From positions 40,114,001-40,178,000 of the forward strand of contig CM022670.1 of NCBI GenBank assembly GCA_012295275.1: a DNA stretch of 64,000 nt, in the 5' to 3' direction. Of this stretch, positions 1 to 12,769 are shown one piece after another; positions within the stretch are counted from its first letter, which is position 1; the number at the start of each line of letters is the position of its first letter. Made by a program: the position numbers and the translations under genes. The DNA is from Chrysomallon squamiferum. Taxonomy: Eukaryota > Animalia > Mollusca. The notes beneath the pieces were generated by a model. That model saw only the letters and a list, made by a program, of their open reading frames with translations, did no database searches and was not told the DNA's origin.

Positions 1-521
1 AGCCTTGACATTTTATTTTAAACCTCACTCATTTTAGCTAAATTAGAAAACAGTAAACTGGGTTATTGTTTTTAATATTTTGATAAATATTTGTTTCTGT
101 CTCTCTATGACCTAGTTTAGCTTTTTTATTTTTTTTTTTTTTTTTATTATTATTATTATTTATTGTAAATTATACAGATTACCTAATTTGATCTTTTGTA
201 ATTTCATTTTCAAAAATAAACATAGCAAATGTAACAGTTATAACAGATTCTTGAAACATGACGTTCAGTTGCATCTTTTAAATACATGGTCATGTCCAAA
301 TCAAAACATTTCATTGCTATGATGATGATGATGATGATATTAAAAAAGAGAGAAAATATTTATCATTTTTTATAAATAACAAATTACCATTCATAAAATC
401 TTTATTTATAAAAATCTTCTTACTTGGTGTAAAAAGTTCTGTTACCATCACCTGTGTCACATCAGCCACTGATGGAAAATAAAAAAACAAAATGGCCTCC
501 ATCTCTTTTAAATGTTTTCAG

Positions 522-673
522 GTGGACACATTCTGTCTGGAGGCCGTTGACCTTGGATATCTGGAGAGTGTAATTATAGGACACGATGGAACTGGACCAG
601 GGTCTGGCTGGAAGCTGGACTCAGTCACTGTGAAGAAAAGTCACAAAGAAGTCTACTACTTCCCTTTTCACGG
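522..673 (+). CDS. LOXHD1: Internal (penultimate) coding exon of a PLAT/LH2-domain protein, lipoxygenase homology domain-containing protein 1-like
   Basis: Acceptor ttttcag ends at 521 and donor gtgagt starts at 674. Translation VDTFCLEAVDLGYLESVIIGHDGTGPGSGWKLDSVTVKKSHKEVYYFPFH(G) matches the PLAT signature D-x-F-x-L-x-A-V-D-L-G-x-L...I-G-H-D-x-x-G-x-G-x-G-W-x-L-x-x-V-x-V...Y-x-F-P. The PLAT call is solid; the symbol is family-level and other PLAT proteins are possible. Confidence 0.85.
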
Positions 674-859
674 GTGAGTTTTATCAATGAACAGTTTGTA
701 CTAATTTTCTCTGGCTATTTACCCATTCGTTTTTTTTTTTTTTTTTTTTTTTTCATTTTGAAGCTTTTTGTGACTATTTCCAACTACATATAAATTTTAT
801 TTGTTAAAGTTTTTTATGGCTCTTTTCATGCAAATTTTGTTTTGAAGCCTCATTTTGGC

Positions 860-1090
860 TATTTCCCCTTTCATATCAGTTTTATTTATTGTGCTATTTC
901 CCCTCAGTTCTATCAGTTTTATTTATCGATTCTTTTTGTTGTTATTTCTCCTAATACATTTTAATTTATTGAAACATTCTGAATCCATTTCCCAGTTCAT
1001 ATCAGTTTTATTTATTGATGCTTTTTCCTGCTATTCTCCTTTCATATAAGTTTACTTTATTGTGGTTATTTCCCATTTCAAGTCATTTTT
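860..1090. repeat. Degenerate tandem repeat, ~35-bp unit, in PLAT gene intron
   Basis: Recurrent ctatttccc...catatcagttttatttattg motif, about 4-5 copies. Confidence 0.55.
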
Positions 1091-2673
1091 ATTCACTGAA
1101 GCAATACTTGCAAGTCCCATTGATTAGCTCAGTTTAATTTAGTTACCTGTTTCATTTTCATGGTTATGTTTTATTCATTTTTCAGTCTGTTTGCCATTTT
1201 ATTGGTAAACTGTATTTTCTGGTGAAATGTTTCATTGCATTTTATTGATAAATTTTACTTCTTATGAAACTCTCAATCTGTCTTCCATTTCATTTAATTC
1301 GTTGATACATTTCAGTCTGTTTTCTGTTTCATGCATAAACATATTTCAAGCCATTTCCTGTTTCAAGCATTTATTCCAAATACAAATAAAATGATGTATT
1401 CAGTAAAAAGATTGTGTTATTTACCATTTCAAAGGTAAATTTTGTTTCATGAAATATATCACTCTTTCTCATTTTAAGTTTTAAATCAGTTAAATATATT
1501 TTTATTTGCCCTCTGGAAAATGAGTATAATTGGTTAAAAGTTTATCACTAGTTACAGTTGAAAAGATATTTATAGAATTATTTCAAAAAGCTACTTTAAT
1601 TAAATTAAAATTTAATTAGTCTAGTGGTATGAAGAATTTGTTTAAAATTTAATATATTCCACATCCTAACAAATTGTTTTGTTTTAATTTTCTTTTTTTT
1701 TTTTTTTTTTTTTCTTTTATTTTTCTTTTTTATCTTGTTTATTTATTATTTTATTTTATTTACATTTTTTATTTTATGTTTTTATTTTTTTAGTAGAAGG
1801 GTTGGTGGTGGTACCCAGAATTTAATAATGAAATGTAATAAAAAAAAAGAATAAATTTAAAAAATTTAAATTCATCACATTATTTTTTTCTCTCTCTCTA
1901 AATATGGCTATCAGTCCACCATGTATATGATCACATGACTGCAGTTGTGAATGGATAACACAGATAATTGTTTTTTACGAGGTTCAGAATAAGAAGACAT
2001 TCTTTCTTAGAACTATCGTGAATTCTGTAATAAAAATAGATAACAGTTTTTATGTGTTGGAAGTTATCAAAACTGTGAACTAAGCAGAACACACAAACTG
2101 ATGTGAAGCTGCCACGTTGTGTAAATATAACTGCAGATGAGTAAAGTGTGCGAATGATATTCTCACTGCAGCTTATCTAATCTTCACAAATGTATTTTTG
2201 GTACTGTGTAGATTCTGTATCCTCAGCTTTCATGGGTTCAGGTTAACATGACAGAGTCTTCTGTGAGTTCTGTGTATGCAATGTGAGAAACATTTTAGTT
2301 TTAAATGAAGGTTAATTCTTAATTCTGTTAGATACGTTTTCACTATTTGTGTGTATTTTGCAACAGGTTTTTTTTTTTTTTTTTTTTATTTATTGTGCAA
2401 AGTATGGTTAAATAGAAAATAATGTTAAAATATGCTGAAAAAGTGAAAAATAGTGTATATTGATATGTAAAACTTGTAATGTGCATATTTTTATATACAC
2501 AAACTAAAAATGCACACGTACTTGAACACACAGATAATGTGGACACACTGTTGTTGTTATTGATGATGTTATTATCATTACTGATGTTGTTGTTATCATT
2601 GTTGTTGTCATTATTATTATTATTGCTGATGTTGATGCTGTTGTTGTTGATGTTGCTGTCATTGTTATTACAG

Positions 2674-2767
2674 CTGGCTGGAAGAAGGTAAGGATGGTGG
2701 AGTGACTGAGGTGGAGATTGCTCTGGGAAGAGTGATGACCGAAGATGACATCATTGACATCATTTAA
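2674..2767 (+). CDS. LOXHD1: Terminal coding exon of the PLAT-domain (LOXHD1-like) gene
   Basis: Acceptor ttattacag ends at 2673. The phase-2 junction GG|C gives (G)WLEEGKDGGVTEVEIALGRVMTEDDIIDII then TAA at 2765-2767, completing the PLAT C-terminal W-L-x-x-x-x-D-G motif. This exon is not in the ORF track in this frame. Confidence 0.82.
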
Positions 2768-2959
2768 AGAGAGACAAGGACTCAAACAAACAACAGCACA
2801 GATTTGTGACTGGCTTGTTTTCTTGATAAAACACAATACATAGTGATGACACTTTAATTTTAAAACTTAGAATAGAGCTGTAGAGTCTATTTCTTGACGA
2901 AGGAAATGATCATGACAAATCCTCCATATATGGAAACTACTTCATTGAAATATAGAAAT

Positions 2960-2973
2960 GTTACCATAGCAAC
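2960..2973. promoter_or_regulatory. RFX X-box consensus match
   Basis: GTTACCATAGCAAC fits GTHNYY-AT-RRNAAC exactly. Function is untested. Confidence 0.35.
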
Positions 2974-3034
2974 CCCTGCAATCACCTGCAGCCATCTGCA
3001 GTGCCAAAGACTGATGACTACATGTATGTATGTG

Positions 3035-3068
<34 letters not shown>

Positions 3069-4834
3069 TACATATATTTTTTTTTTATCAAGTATTTTTG
3101 TAATTCAGGACTGGAATCATAGTGGTGAAATATTTGTTGCAAATACTGTGGATTAATTTACTGATTGCAAGGGCTGCTGTAGTAAAAAGTGTTTTGTTTC
3201 ATTCCTCAAGATTAACATTCCACCCATGCATGTTTCTGTTTTTATTTATTTGATCTGTTATTTTTTTTAAAAGATTTTTGGTTTTGTTTTACATGGCAAT
3301 GACATTGTTTACCAGAACTGCACAAGATTAAATAGCTTTGATACTGTTCTAGGTAGCTGCTCTTCGGTTTAAAAAAAAAATACTTTTGTTTATGCTTCAA
3401 CCTGGCAGTGACAGGGTTTAAAATAAAATGATTTAAGTAGAATTTAATAGAAGTTAAATGATCAACAGCTGGTGCCTGTGTATAGATCTTTGTAATGCAG
3501 CAGCAGCTTCTTAATGATCTGTGATGTTATTCAGTTTTATAAATATTTTATTTTGTTTTGAATCTCTTGTGCATTTTTATTATACATTTTATTTGATTAT
3601 TACTACTTTTTGTTGTTGTTGTTGTTGCCGTTTTCTGGCTTTTGTTTTCTAATTTATTATATCTAATAATACTGTTTTGCTTTTTAGGTGTTTTTGTTTT
3701 TTTAAATTAATTTAATATATTGTAATGTGCCAATAATTTTTGAATTGTATATTTTGTGTGATAGTTATGTATAATTTTTTCAATTGAAGTCTTTTTTCTA
3801 TATATAAAAAATTTTTTATTTAATCTTTAAGGAACATTAATAAATTTGAATATTTTATTCATCCATTAAAAACACATTCCCAGATACTCACATGTGTAAA
3901 TATATTATATGAGATAATGAACACAAAATACAATTGACAAGCAAATAAATATATATACATTCCAATACAAGTTTTTCTAATGAATTTTATATGTAGTTTA
4001 TTGATATAATCTTTTGAGGACCTTTGCTGTTTGTAGAACATATCATATGTAAAAATGTAAAACAAAAAGAAGAAGAATCAGTCAGTCTTGTTAGCTGATG
4101 TTAGGAGTTCATCTGAGGCTTCAGAGAATCTGTTACATACAGTTTGTATTTTAGTGTAAGTTACTTGTGTAGTGTATTGTCACATTGTTAATGTATACTG
4201 ACTGGCTTGCTGTTTACATTCTCTTTTCTGAGAATTCATTAACACTGATATTAGCATTGATATCTGATTGAATCTCCTGTGTATTTCCTAATATTCTAAA
4301 TATCAGATTTAAAAAATTCTGCAGCTGGATTTTGTAAAATGGAACCATTGATTTATTTAAAAAATAGTTGAGACATAATTATAAGGGATTGGTTATCTTT
4401 ACACTCTGAATGGTTTTCTGGAAAAAAGAAAACACATCATTAATGAAACTGAGATTCAGCAAATTCATTTCAAGACTTTTTTTTTTTTTTTTTAAATGAA
4501 AGAGAAAGAAAAAAAAAAAATTAATACTAAATCTTTCCAGTTACTTGTTCATTTAAAAAATTTGAAATTGCTAAATCTATGTTTAACAGAAAAAATAAAA
4601 ATAAAAATAAAAAGTTGAAATATTAGAAAGTTTTTTTTGTAAATCAAAAAGAAAATTGAAGAAGCAAGAATCAGCTGATGTTTTTCTGTGATGTATCTGA
4701 ATTGTTAAATCTTACTCTTGCCAAAGTGTAATAGCTTCCTGTTTTAAATCTTGCCAAAAATTTAATTTATGACTGTCTAGTCGTACATACGATATATTTT
4801 ATATTTAATATGTATCATGTTTCACTCGATACTA

Positions 4835-5230
4835 TCTGATTTTTTCTAGTGAAATATTAACATTTTCAGAATTCACTGATTTGATAGTGTGAGAGTATTT
4901 TTCTTTTTTTTCATAATTCACTTATATATTTTTTTGAGTGAAATGTTAGTCTCCACAAAGTTCACTGATGATATTTTTAGTTCATTGCTGATATTTGTTA
5001 ATTCATGGTTGCGATACTTTGAGGATTTGCTTAATTTGTGGATATGATATTTTGAGTGAAATGTGAATATTTTCAAAATTTGTCTGTGATATTTTGAGTC
5101 AGATGTTATTGTCAGCATAATTCATGAATGTGGGTTTTTGAGTTAGAAATGAATATACTCAGATTAACTGATTTGTGATATTTTCTAGTGAAACTAATTT
5201 ATTTATATTCTGAAAATTTAGTGAATTTGC
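4835..5230. repeat. Degenerate tandem repeat, ~45-bp unit
   Basis: Repeated gatatttt(c/g)(t)agtgaaat...cagaatt(c/a)actgatttg motif. Confidence 0.5.
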
Positions 5231-5992
5231 TTATTATAAATGAAGTATTAATCTGCCTATCTGTATATATATATATATACCTTTTTAATTTTTTATTTAT
5301 TTTGCTCATGTTTTTGTTTTTATTAATAATTTCTTAATAACAGCAACTGACTGTTTGACAGTTTGGAATATGTTGTTGGCAAAACAGAATTTTTACCTCA
5401 TTTTACATATATGCATATGTTTTTTTAAATATCCAGATAAACATCATTTTATATTAGATTTTTTTTATATGCTTATGATGTATTTGAAGTCAGATTACAT
5501 TTTTATTTATTCAGGTAAACTAGAAAAAATATTAAATTTTTTAAATACATTTTATACTGCAGGTAATATACTTTCTATATAGTTTCTGCATAGTATGTAG
5601 AAGCTATTTTCATTATAGCTTTAATATGTAATGATAATTACATAACTGTAATAGTTTTATCTTTGTAATATGATTGTATTTATTGTATAGTTAACTTTTT
5701 ATATAGTTACTCCATTTTTGTACACCTAGTTGAATTACAATATTTTGTTACATTTTAGTGTTGTTTTTCTTCAAATTCACATCCTTTATTTATTAATACA
5801 AGCATTCTTTTAATGGCCCCTAGTTGTTAATAATACAGTATCTAAGTATACGTGTATTAAAACAACAACAGAAGTATCCATGCTTAAATGTTTACCACTT
5901 TCTTTGATGACATTATTTTCACGTAGAGAAAGAAGAAGAAAGAAAATAAAAATACATTAGATTTTGCTAAATGACGTTAAAAAATAAATAAA

Positions 5993-6023
<31 letters not shown>

Positions 6024-6309
6024 TGAAAATAAGAACGAACGAGAAGAAATCCATTTTCATGACTTTTGCTACAGATTAGCAGCAAGCAATATTTTATATG
6101 CACCGTCCAGAAAAAAAAAAATTAATAGTAAAAACAAACCAAGTCATAGATTTTCTTAGAAGTTTGGGAATTGACTTCTGAAAACTTACTTCCAGCACGT
6201 TAACACGACCCTTAAGCTAATGAATACGACATGAATGGTACATCTATTCAATTAAATAGGTTTCTGACGCTTAGGTAAATAATGACAGGCATTATGTCAA
6301 AGACACGAC

Positions 6310-6375
6310 TTTAACAAGCGGAACTTCGCGAGTCTGAGAAATCTCGCGAGATTTCTTCCGCTCGCGCCATTTACT
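6310..6375. promoter_or_regulatory. Putative housekeeping-type, possibly bidirectional, core promoter
   Basis: Contains a perfect 20-bp palindrome AGAAATCTCGCGAGATTTCT (6337-6356) with the TCTCGCGAGA motif, plus a second TTCGCGAG. ETS cores CGGAA (6319) and TTCCG (6356) and a YY1-like CGCCATTT (6365) are adjacent. Local CpG is enriched, and GTAAGT donors face outward on both strands. Confidence 0.55.
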
Positions 6376-6768
6376 GATCAAAGTTAATGAAGTACTTTAT
6401 ATTCGAAGTGACGTTTCGTCTGCTGCTTATTGATTCCTTACAATGTAGATCGCACGGTTCTGTAAGTTTGAATTATTCTTGATTTGAGATAACGTGTGTG
6501 TGATACAGTTTATTCATTACGTTCCAAATACATCGCGCAGCGGTTGGGGAAGTTTCAGTGTTTGAGTCTGGGGATGGAGGATATAGTTATCTGCATATTT
6601 GAAGTAATAATTATCAGGAAAATGTTTCCTTGAATTACTGTTGATTTTCTGATGTCATAAATAAAACATACTTAAAACACTTATTTTAAGTTTTACGCCA
6701 GTGTTCAGGGATTCGGAAAATTCGATATCTAATACAGGGTTAGGATTTTCTGCTTACGTAAAGAAGTT

Positions 6769-6770
<2 letters not shown>

Positions 6771-6834
<64 letters not shown>

Positions 6835-6849
6835 ATAATAATAATAATA
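6771..6849. repeat. (ACT)n to (AAT)n compound microsatellite
   Basis: Direct reading. Confidence 0.95.
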
Positions 6850-8381
6850 AAAATAAATAAATATTTAAGTTAAAAAAAATGTGTTTGGAACAGTATTTTG
6901 AATTATTCTTGCGATGAAAAGTTAATAAAATGTATTTTAATTTTAATTTCACAGCTGTGATACCGGTAAAATCGTATCTTCGAGGTATGGGTTAAAAAAC
7001 ACCTTTCGTGAATGTATGATACAAACGATTGTGAGTTTAAAAGATCTCGTTTTGACCAGCATCTTTATCAAAGAAGCTGAAATGTTGCTGATAATTAACG
7101 AAAATATTTGAAATAATATATTAGACCTCTGTAGGGTTTTCTTTTTGCTAATACCAAAATTGTCGTTCTGTATTGACTACGAAGATAAATTTTGTATAGT
7201 TTTAAAGGCATATTCTTTAGGTCCTTGCACAATCAGACAAGGTGAAATGTGTTTAATATGAAAATACCGAGATCAGTTTTAAAAGTGTTGCTTAGAATTA
7301 ACTACATTCATATGCAAATTGGCGTTTCACAAATTCTGAGTCACTGTAACATAATCCTAATGATGGCAAATAACAGTTGACTAATCATAGCCTGTTCAAG
7401 ACACTAATGTAAATTATGGTTATTACACAATTAAATGGTGACAATGTGTTTTCAGAAAAATGTGGTGGACAAAAACAGTATTGCCAATTATTTCTCGGTC
7501 TCTGATTTACTTGTTTCATTTCCCTGTCTACTACCTCATACAAAAATACCTCCTCTCTGTCTCATAATTCAATACTCTCACTCATGTTTTACCCATCTCT
7601 CCTTCATTTAAACAGTTTAACTAACTATAAACGAGACTGATCTGTATTATGTTCTCTGATGGTTCCATATATTGTGAATGACCTCAATATAATAAATAAT
7701 TATTATATATGTTTTCAGCTGAGCATGTAGTACAACAGTGTTCGTAACAGTTTATTTAGAATTCAAGCGGAACTGATCAACGTTTCTCTGTTTACTCATC
7801 AAGACGAATAACATATCACACAGAGGAGTATTAATATTTTAATACGTGGAATGACACAACTGATATTTGGATTATATTTTATCGCACAAGTCTGATAAAA
7901 GTAATTTACAAACGTACATGAGGATTGTCATCATATAAAGCATTGCGTCGTCATTCAGTAAAAAACCTAATGAAAACGTCACCTGCATAATAGATGCCGG
8001 TTTATTCAGTTCCACTTTCATGACTCATACAGATATAATTTACCTGTCTTTTTGCTGTAAACGATCACCACGAGGGGCGAGACTTCAAACACTTGCCTGC
8101 CGCGACGACAAAAGCTTTTTTTTTTTTTAGCTAATGGTAATCAATTCATAAATTAATGAAATATGGTCCGGGTTAAAGGTTGATAGAGAGTTATCGATTT
8201 TGCACTCAAGAAATAAATCGGTTTTCAAGAGCTCATTAGAAATGTTTATTTTGTAAGAAAAAAGAAATATCGAACTGTCAGTTGTAGTTAATATGTAATT
8301 AATTCTTCGTGCCATGGAACGACGTTTAAGAATATTCAGTGATATTGATAGCACTTGTTAATAGAATTGTTGTTGTTTTTT

Positions 8382-8600
8382 GGGGGCGGATCTAGAGGAG
8401 GGGTCCAAGGCGTTCTCAAATTTGAGAAGCGCCCCTTCTATTTAGGATTATTATGGGTTTTTTACAACTTCATATAGCTTTTTTTTTTAATTTCTGTCAC
8501 TGTAGAGAGAACACTGTAGAATAACTTTGCCAGCGACCCTGTTGTAATCGATGTGAATCGTATTTAATTTTTCATTGTTTAATTGTTATGGACCCCACCC
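8382..8600. mobile_element. Possible degenerate MITE/DNA-transposon remnant
   Basis: A GC-rich GGGGCGGATCTAG...GGGGTCC start resembles TIR ends of invertebrate MITEs. There is an internal 16-bp palindrome TTCTCAAATTTGAGAA (8413-8428) and a GGACCCC at ~8591. I could not find a matching right TIR or TSD. Confidence 0.25.
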
Positions 8601-9657
8601 ACATCAGAAAGTTGTTATTATTATTATTTACTGCATTACTTTAATATATGTACGTTATTTAATATATCATCATTAATACTTTAAACAATGTGACTGAATT
8701 ATCTTTAAATTCGACCCGAGAAACAATTTTATAGTCTGGTAATAAAATAACAGTGGTTACATATTCCCATACAACTGGGAAATTTTAAATTCTTATTACG
8801 CTGACAGCCAGTCATCAGTTTAAATGCTTCGTTATTGCGTATTTCACACACTGATAATACTGCCGTGGACATAAAGACAAAAATAATGGCAGTGTAACAT
8901 GTTTTCATTACGATATATCTTATTTAAACCGAAATAAAAATAAAACAGACCATAAATCTTAATCAACGACTGGACTTGTACTTGATCATTTACGATTATT
9001 TAACTATTCGCACAGTAACTGATAATATTTTAAAATCTTGTTACCCGTAAATTTTATCTCTCGCTTCGCTTTCATTGGCCGAGAAATCATTATCAAACAC
9101 ATCACCCAACCACTGACATGCTCACTTCCGTTATCTCCGCTGTCTGCTTGTTGTATTTCCGGCCCTTCAAATTGCGCACCGGGTTACACTGTTTATTTTA
9201 CAATAACGATACAAAATTATTATTGTTAGCATAGATTTATACGATGAAACTGTTATGAGGAATAATTTCGTTACTGGCAATGCTGTTTTTATTAGTTTGC
9301 AAATATTATGTATGTATTTGTATTATATCGATAAAAGAGATTAGCTTGGCGTTCATGATAAAACCAAATTACATATACTCACGAAACTGTTAATAAATGT
9401 TCTAATGAATTTGCTTTTTACTGATATATTTGCATATGATGTAATAACAATGAAGTAAAATAAATCTTCAGTTACAACGTTTACAACATAACAGCGAAAG
9501 TAACAATAATATTTGTTCGTTTATAAGTTAATGTCCTCTGCTGTTCACAATATAAAACATTTATGGCATAATTTCGAATAAATGAATGCCTCAACTTTAT
9601 GTTTATCTTTTGGCTGAGTAGGATGACTTGCTTCTTCATATCAACTTAAGCACACAT

Positions 9658-9668
9658 TCTCTCTCTCT

Positions 9669-9759
<91 letters not shown>
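9658..9759. repeat. (CT)n microsatellite
   Basis: Direct reading. Confidence 0.95.
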
Positions 9760-9763
<4 letters not shown>

Positions 9764-10786
9764 TCTGTTTCAAACCTCAGTTTATCTTTTCCGTACTCTG
9801 TTCTTTTTTTCTTCTTATCCTTTATAACAGTGTGTGTGTGTGTTTTATTTATGTACATGCGTAAAGACATATTTTAAGAGTCACTTTAAGTGAATAATTT
9901 CCTGTCCCACAGTCCCGCAACATTACTAAAGCGTTCTATAATGGATAATTGTTTGACGTCCACAGATGACTTCAAAGCAAATATCGGACTACATATCAAC
10001 GAGTTTGCAGCTATCTGGGCTGAGTCACGTTTTTATTGGCGCAGATCAACATCGGGCTATTTCATAATTAATCAACAGGGTTTCTTTTTGTTGTCAATAC
10101 TTTGTCTCTGCTTACAGCAATAATTATCCACTCATACAGGGAAAATATGTTTTGTACTTGTTTTCCTTTTCTTTTTTTTTTTTTTTTTTTCATTATTATA
10201 GGATTTCTAGTTTTAGCTTTCGTGGAAATTAAATAGAAAGGATCTGTAACAGAATTTTTTTTTTAATTTTCTTTTTTTCATTAGCAATTCACAATCCAAA
10301 ATTTACGATAAATAAGAAAGTGAGCGAGCGAAATCATAAATAAGTAAATAAATAAATAAATAAATAAAAAGTGAGTAAGTAAATAAGTAAGCCAAAATAT
10401 ATAAATATTCAACAATGACCACGTAAATAACAATGATAATGATAACTGACACACCAATAGAAAACACACTACTGAAATGCTAGAAGTTAATTCATGAATG
10501 AAAGAATGAATAAGTAAATAAATGAATCCATGAACACACTTCTTCTTTTTTAAAGTTTAATGATGGAGGTGAAACTAACCCATTCCATGATCTTTTAAAA
10601 TTATTCTTAAAGCGTTTTTTATTATTAATTTTACTTTACGGCAGACAAGAAAACTGTAACCAAATACTTCGATAATCCGGTCTAAGGTCATCGACTGGTA
10701 AGATCAAAAAAGACTTTGGTTACGAGCTTTGATCCTTAAACTTACCACATCTATATCTTGCATTGTAACTAGTCGGCTGAAGCCAG

Positions 10787-10787
<1 letters not shown>

Positions 10788-10882
<95 letters not shown>
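10788..10882. repeat. (CT)n microsatellite
   Basis: Direct reading. Confidence 0.95.
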
Positions 10883-10884
<2 letters not shown>

Positions 10885-12769
10885 GGGCCAGCAGTTCCAT
10901 TCCCACATGTACTATAAAACCTCGTTCTAATTATTTAGATGTAAAGAGTGCAGCGAACGCACAGATGCGAACCATATGTTGCAGACGACACGCAACACAA
11001 AGCGCCGTTTCGCTCATCGTGACGTAACAGCACGCGCAATCGTTCATTCCACCGCAGACACAGAGCACTCTCCTCAGATCTCGTCTCCTTAAAACTGCGG
11101 CCTGTTTTAAAAATGGCATCGTGCACGTAATCTGTTTAATAATACATGTGACTATTATGGAGTTTATTAAAGACCTGCTGGAGTTAATCTGTCAGCATTT
11201 AAATACTTCTTTTTTTTTTCTCTCTTTTTCTTCTGCTTCTTTCGTTCGTCCTTTGTGGCAAAATCAGAAATGTCAGTGAATCATTGGCGGTTAATTAGCA
11301 AACTCCTGCATGATTGGAATCGTTGTGCATGTTAAGTGGGGGTTTCTCGAATTTCACATGATTGTTTTAAACGCGAGGAAAAGTGGATTCGATGAAAGAT
11401 TCCTGTATCGATTCCTTGTTTTTAAGACGCGGCAAAAATAACTATTTGAAATTTTAGGAACGGATTGATGGATTTGAGAAAAATGAGAGTAATAAAAATT
11501 TCAAAATGAATTTGTTTGATAATAATAAAAAAATATATATATTTATAAATAAATAAATAAATAGAAACAAACAAAACAAAACACTCCCAAAAACAATGAA
11601 ACAAAAAACAACAAATAAAAAATATATATATATAATTAAAAAAACGTACTGATCTGCAAAAATTGCGCATTCACTCGTATGCGTTTCTTTGTATCAGTTT
11701 ATGGCTTAGGTATTTATTATTTTGTATATAAAATAATAATAATAATAAATAAATAAATAAATAAATATGTAAGCATCTAACCTGTCCGGTCTCCGACCCA
11801 AGTCTGTTTTTCAAAATCGTCTTCTGTAATCAAAGAAAAGAATACTAATTACTTATTGATTATGTCTTTAGAAGAAAAACTGAATTATTTTTGGAACTTA
11901 TAATTTTCGGAACAGAAGTGACAACATAAAATTAACATAAAATCACCATATTATTATTATTATTTCTTTTATAAATCTTCAACTTGCTCTGAAGTAATTA
12001 ATCGCAAATACATTGTGTTTAGCGTGCGCCTTCTGTTGTGTGTGCATATTTGCTTGAATGTGTGCAAGTGTGCATACAAGTGTTTGTGTGTGTGCGTGTG
12101 CATGTGTGTGTGTGTGTGTGTTCTCGTTTAGTTACCATTATGTTCTGAATTCATCAGTTTGTACTCGATGGCCTTGTCAATATTTTCACTGGTTAATTTT
12201 CACTTCAGTATCGGAGTTAATTCGTTGAGTTAATGACGGGCAGGCGGCTGACAGTTAAAAGGGAAGCAGTGAAATGCTGGCTGTCTACGGCATGCGACGG
12301 CCCCTCAGACCACCACAACAACTGCTGCGTTGAAATACATCGATCAATCATCAACTGTCGCAGCTTCGTGTGTCGTTCACTGCATTGTCATACCAGACGA
12401 CAGTTTGCGAACGCGCGCCAAGTACGAGCATATTGAACAATAATTTATTTTTTCTTTCTCCATCTCCCCCCCCCTAAAGGCTGTATTTAAAAAATAAAAA
12501 ATCGAACTCGACAATTCGATTCGTACAATATTAGCGAAAGGCCCATTAAATCATTTAACTGAGCTTCGTTCCGTCACAAAAAAAAAAAAAAAAAATGTCT
12601 TGGGCATCCGTATAACATCTGATTGAATTTGCGTAACAGTGCGGAAATTCCTTCTTGCACTGAACGTCAAGTTGTGTTCATTAGAACTTAACAACACGCC
12701 AAAGCATATAAACAAAAACAACAAAGAAAAAAAAAAACAACATCTACGACACATGTCCAGAGACTGACA

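Noticed and set aside
2887-3000. Minus-strand hydrophobic peptide WLQVIAGVAMVTFLYFNEVVSIYGGFVMIISFVKK as a terminal exon of a small membrane protein
   Set aside because: The acceptor is weak, I found no joinable upstream exon and I do not recognise a family. It more probably lies in the PLAT gene 3' UTR.
7010-7082. Possible C/D box snoRNA ending in CTGA
   Set aside because: The C box is non-canonical and there is no convincing rRNA guide complementarity.
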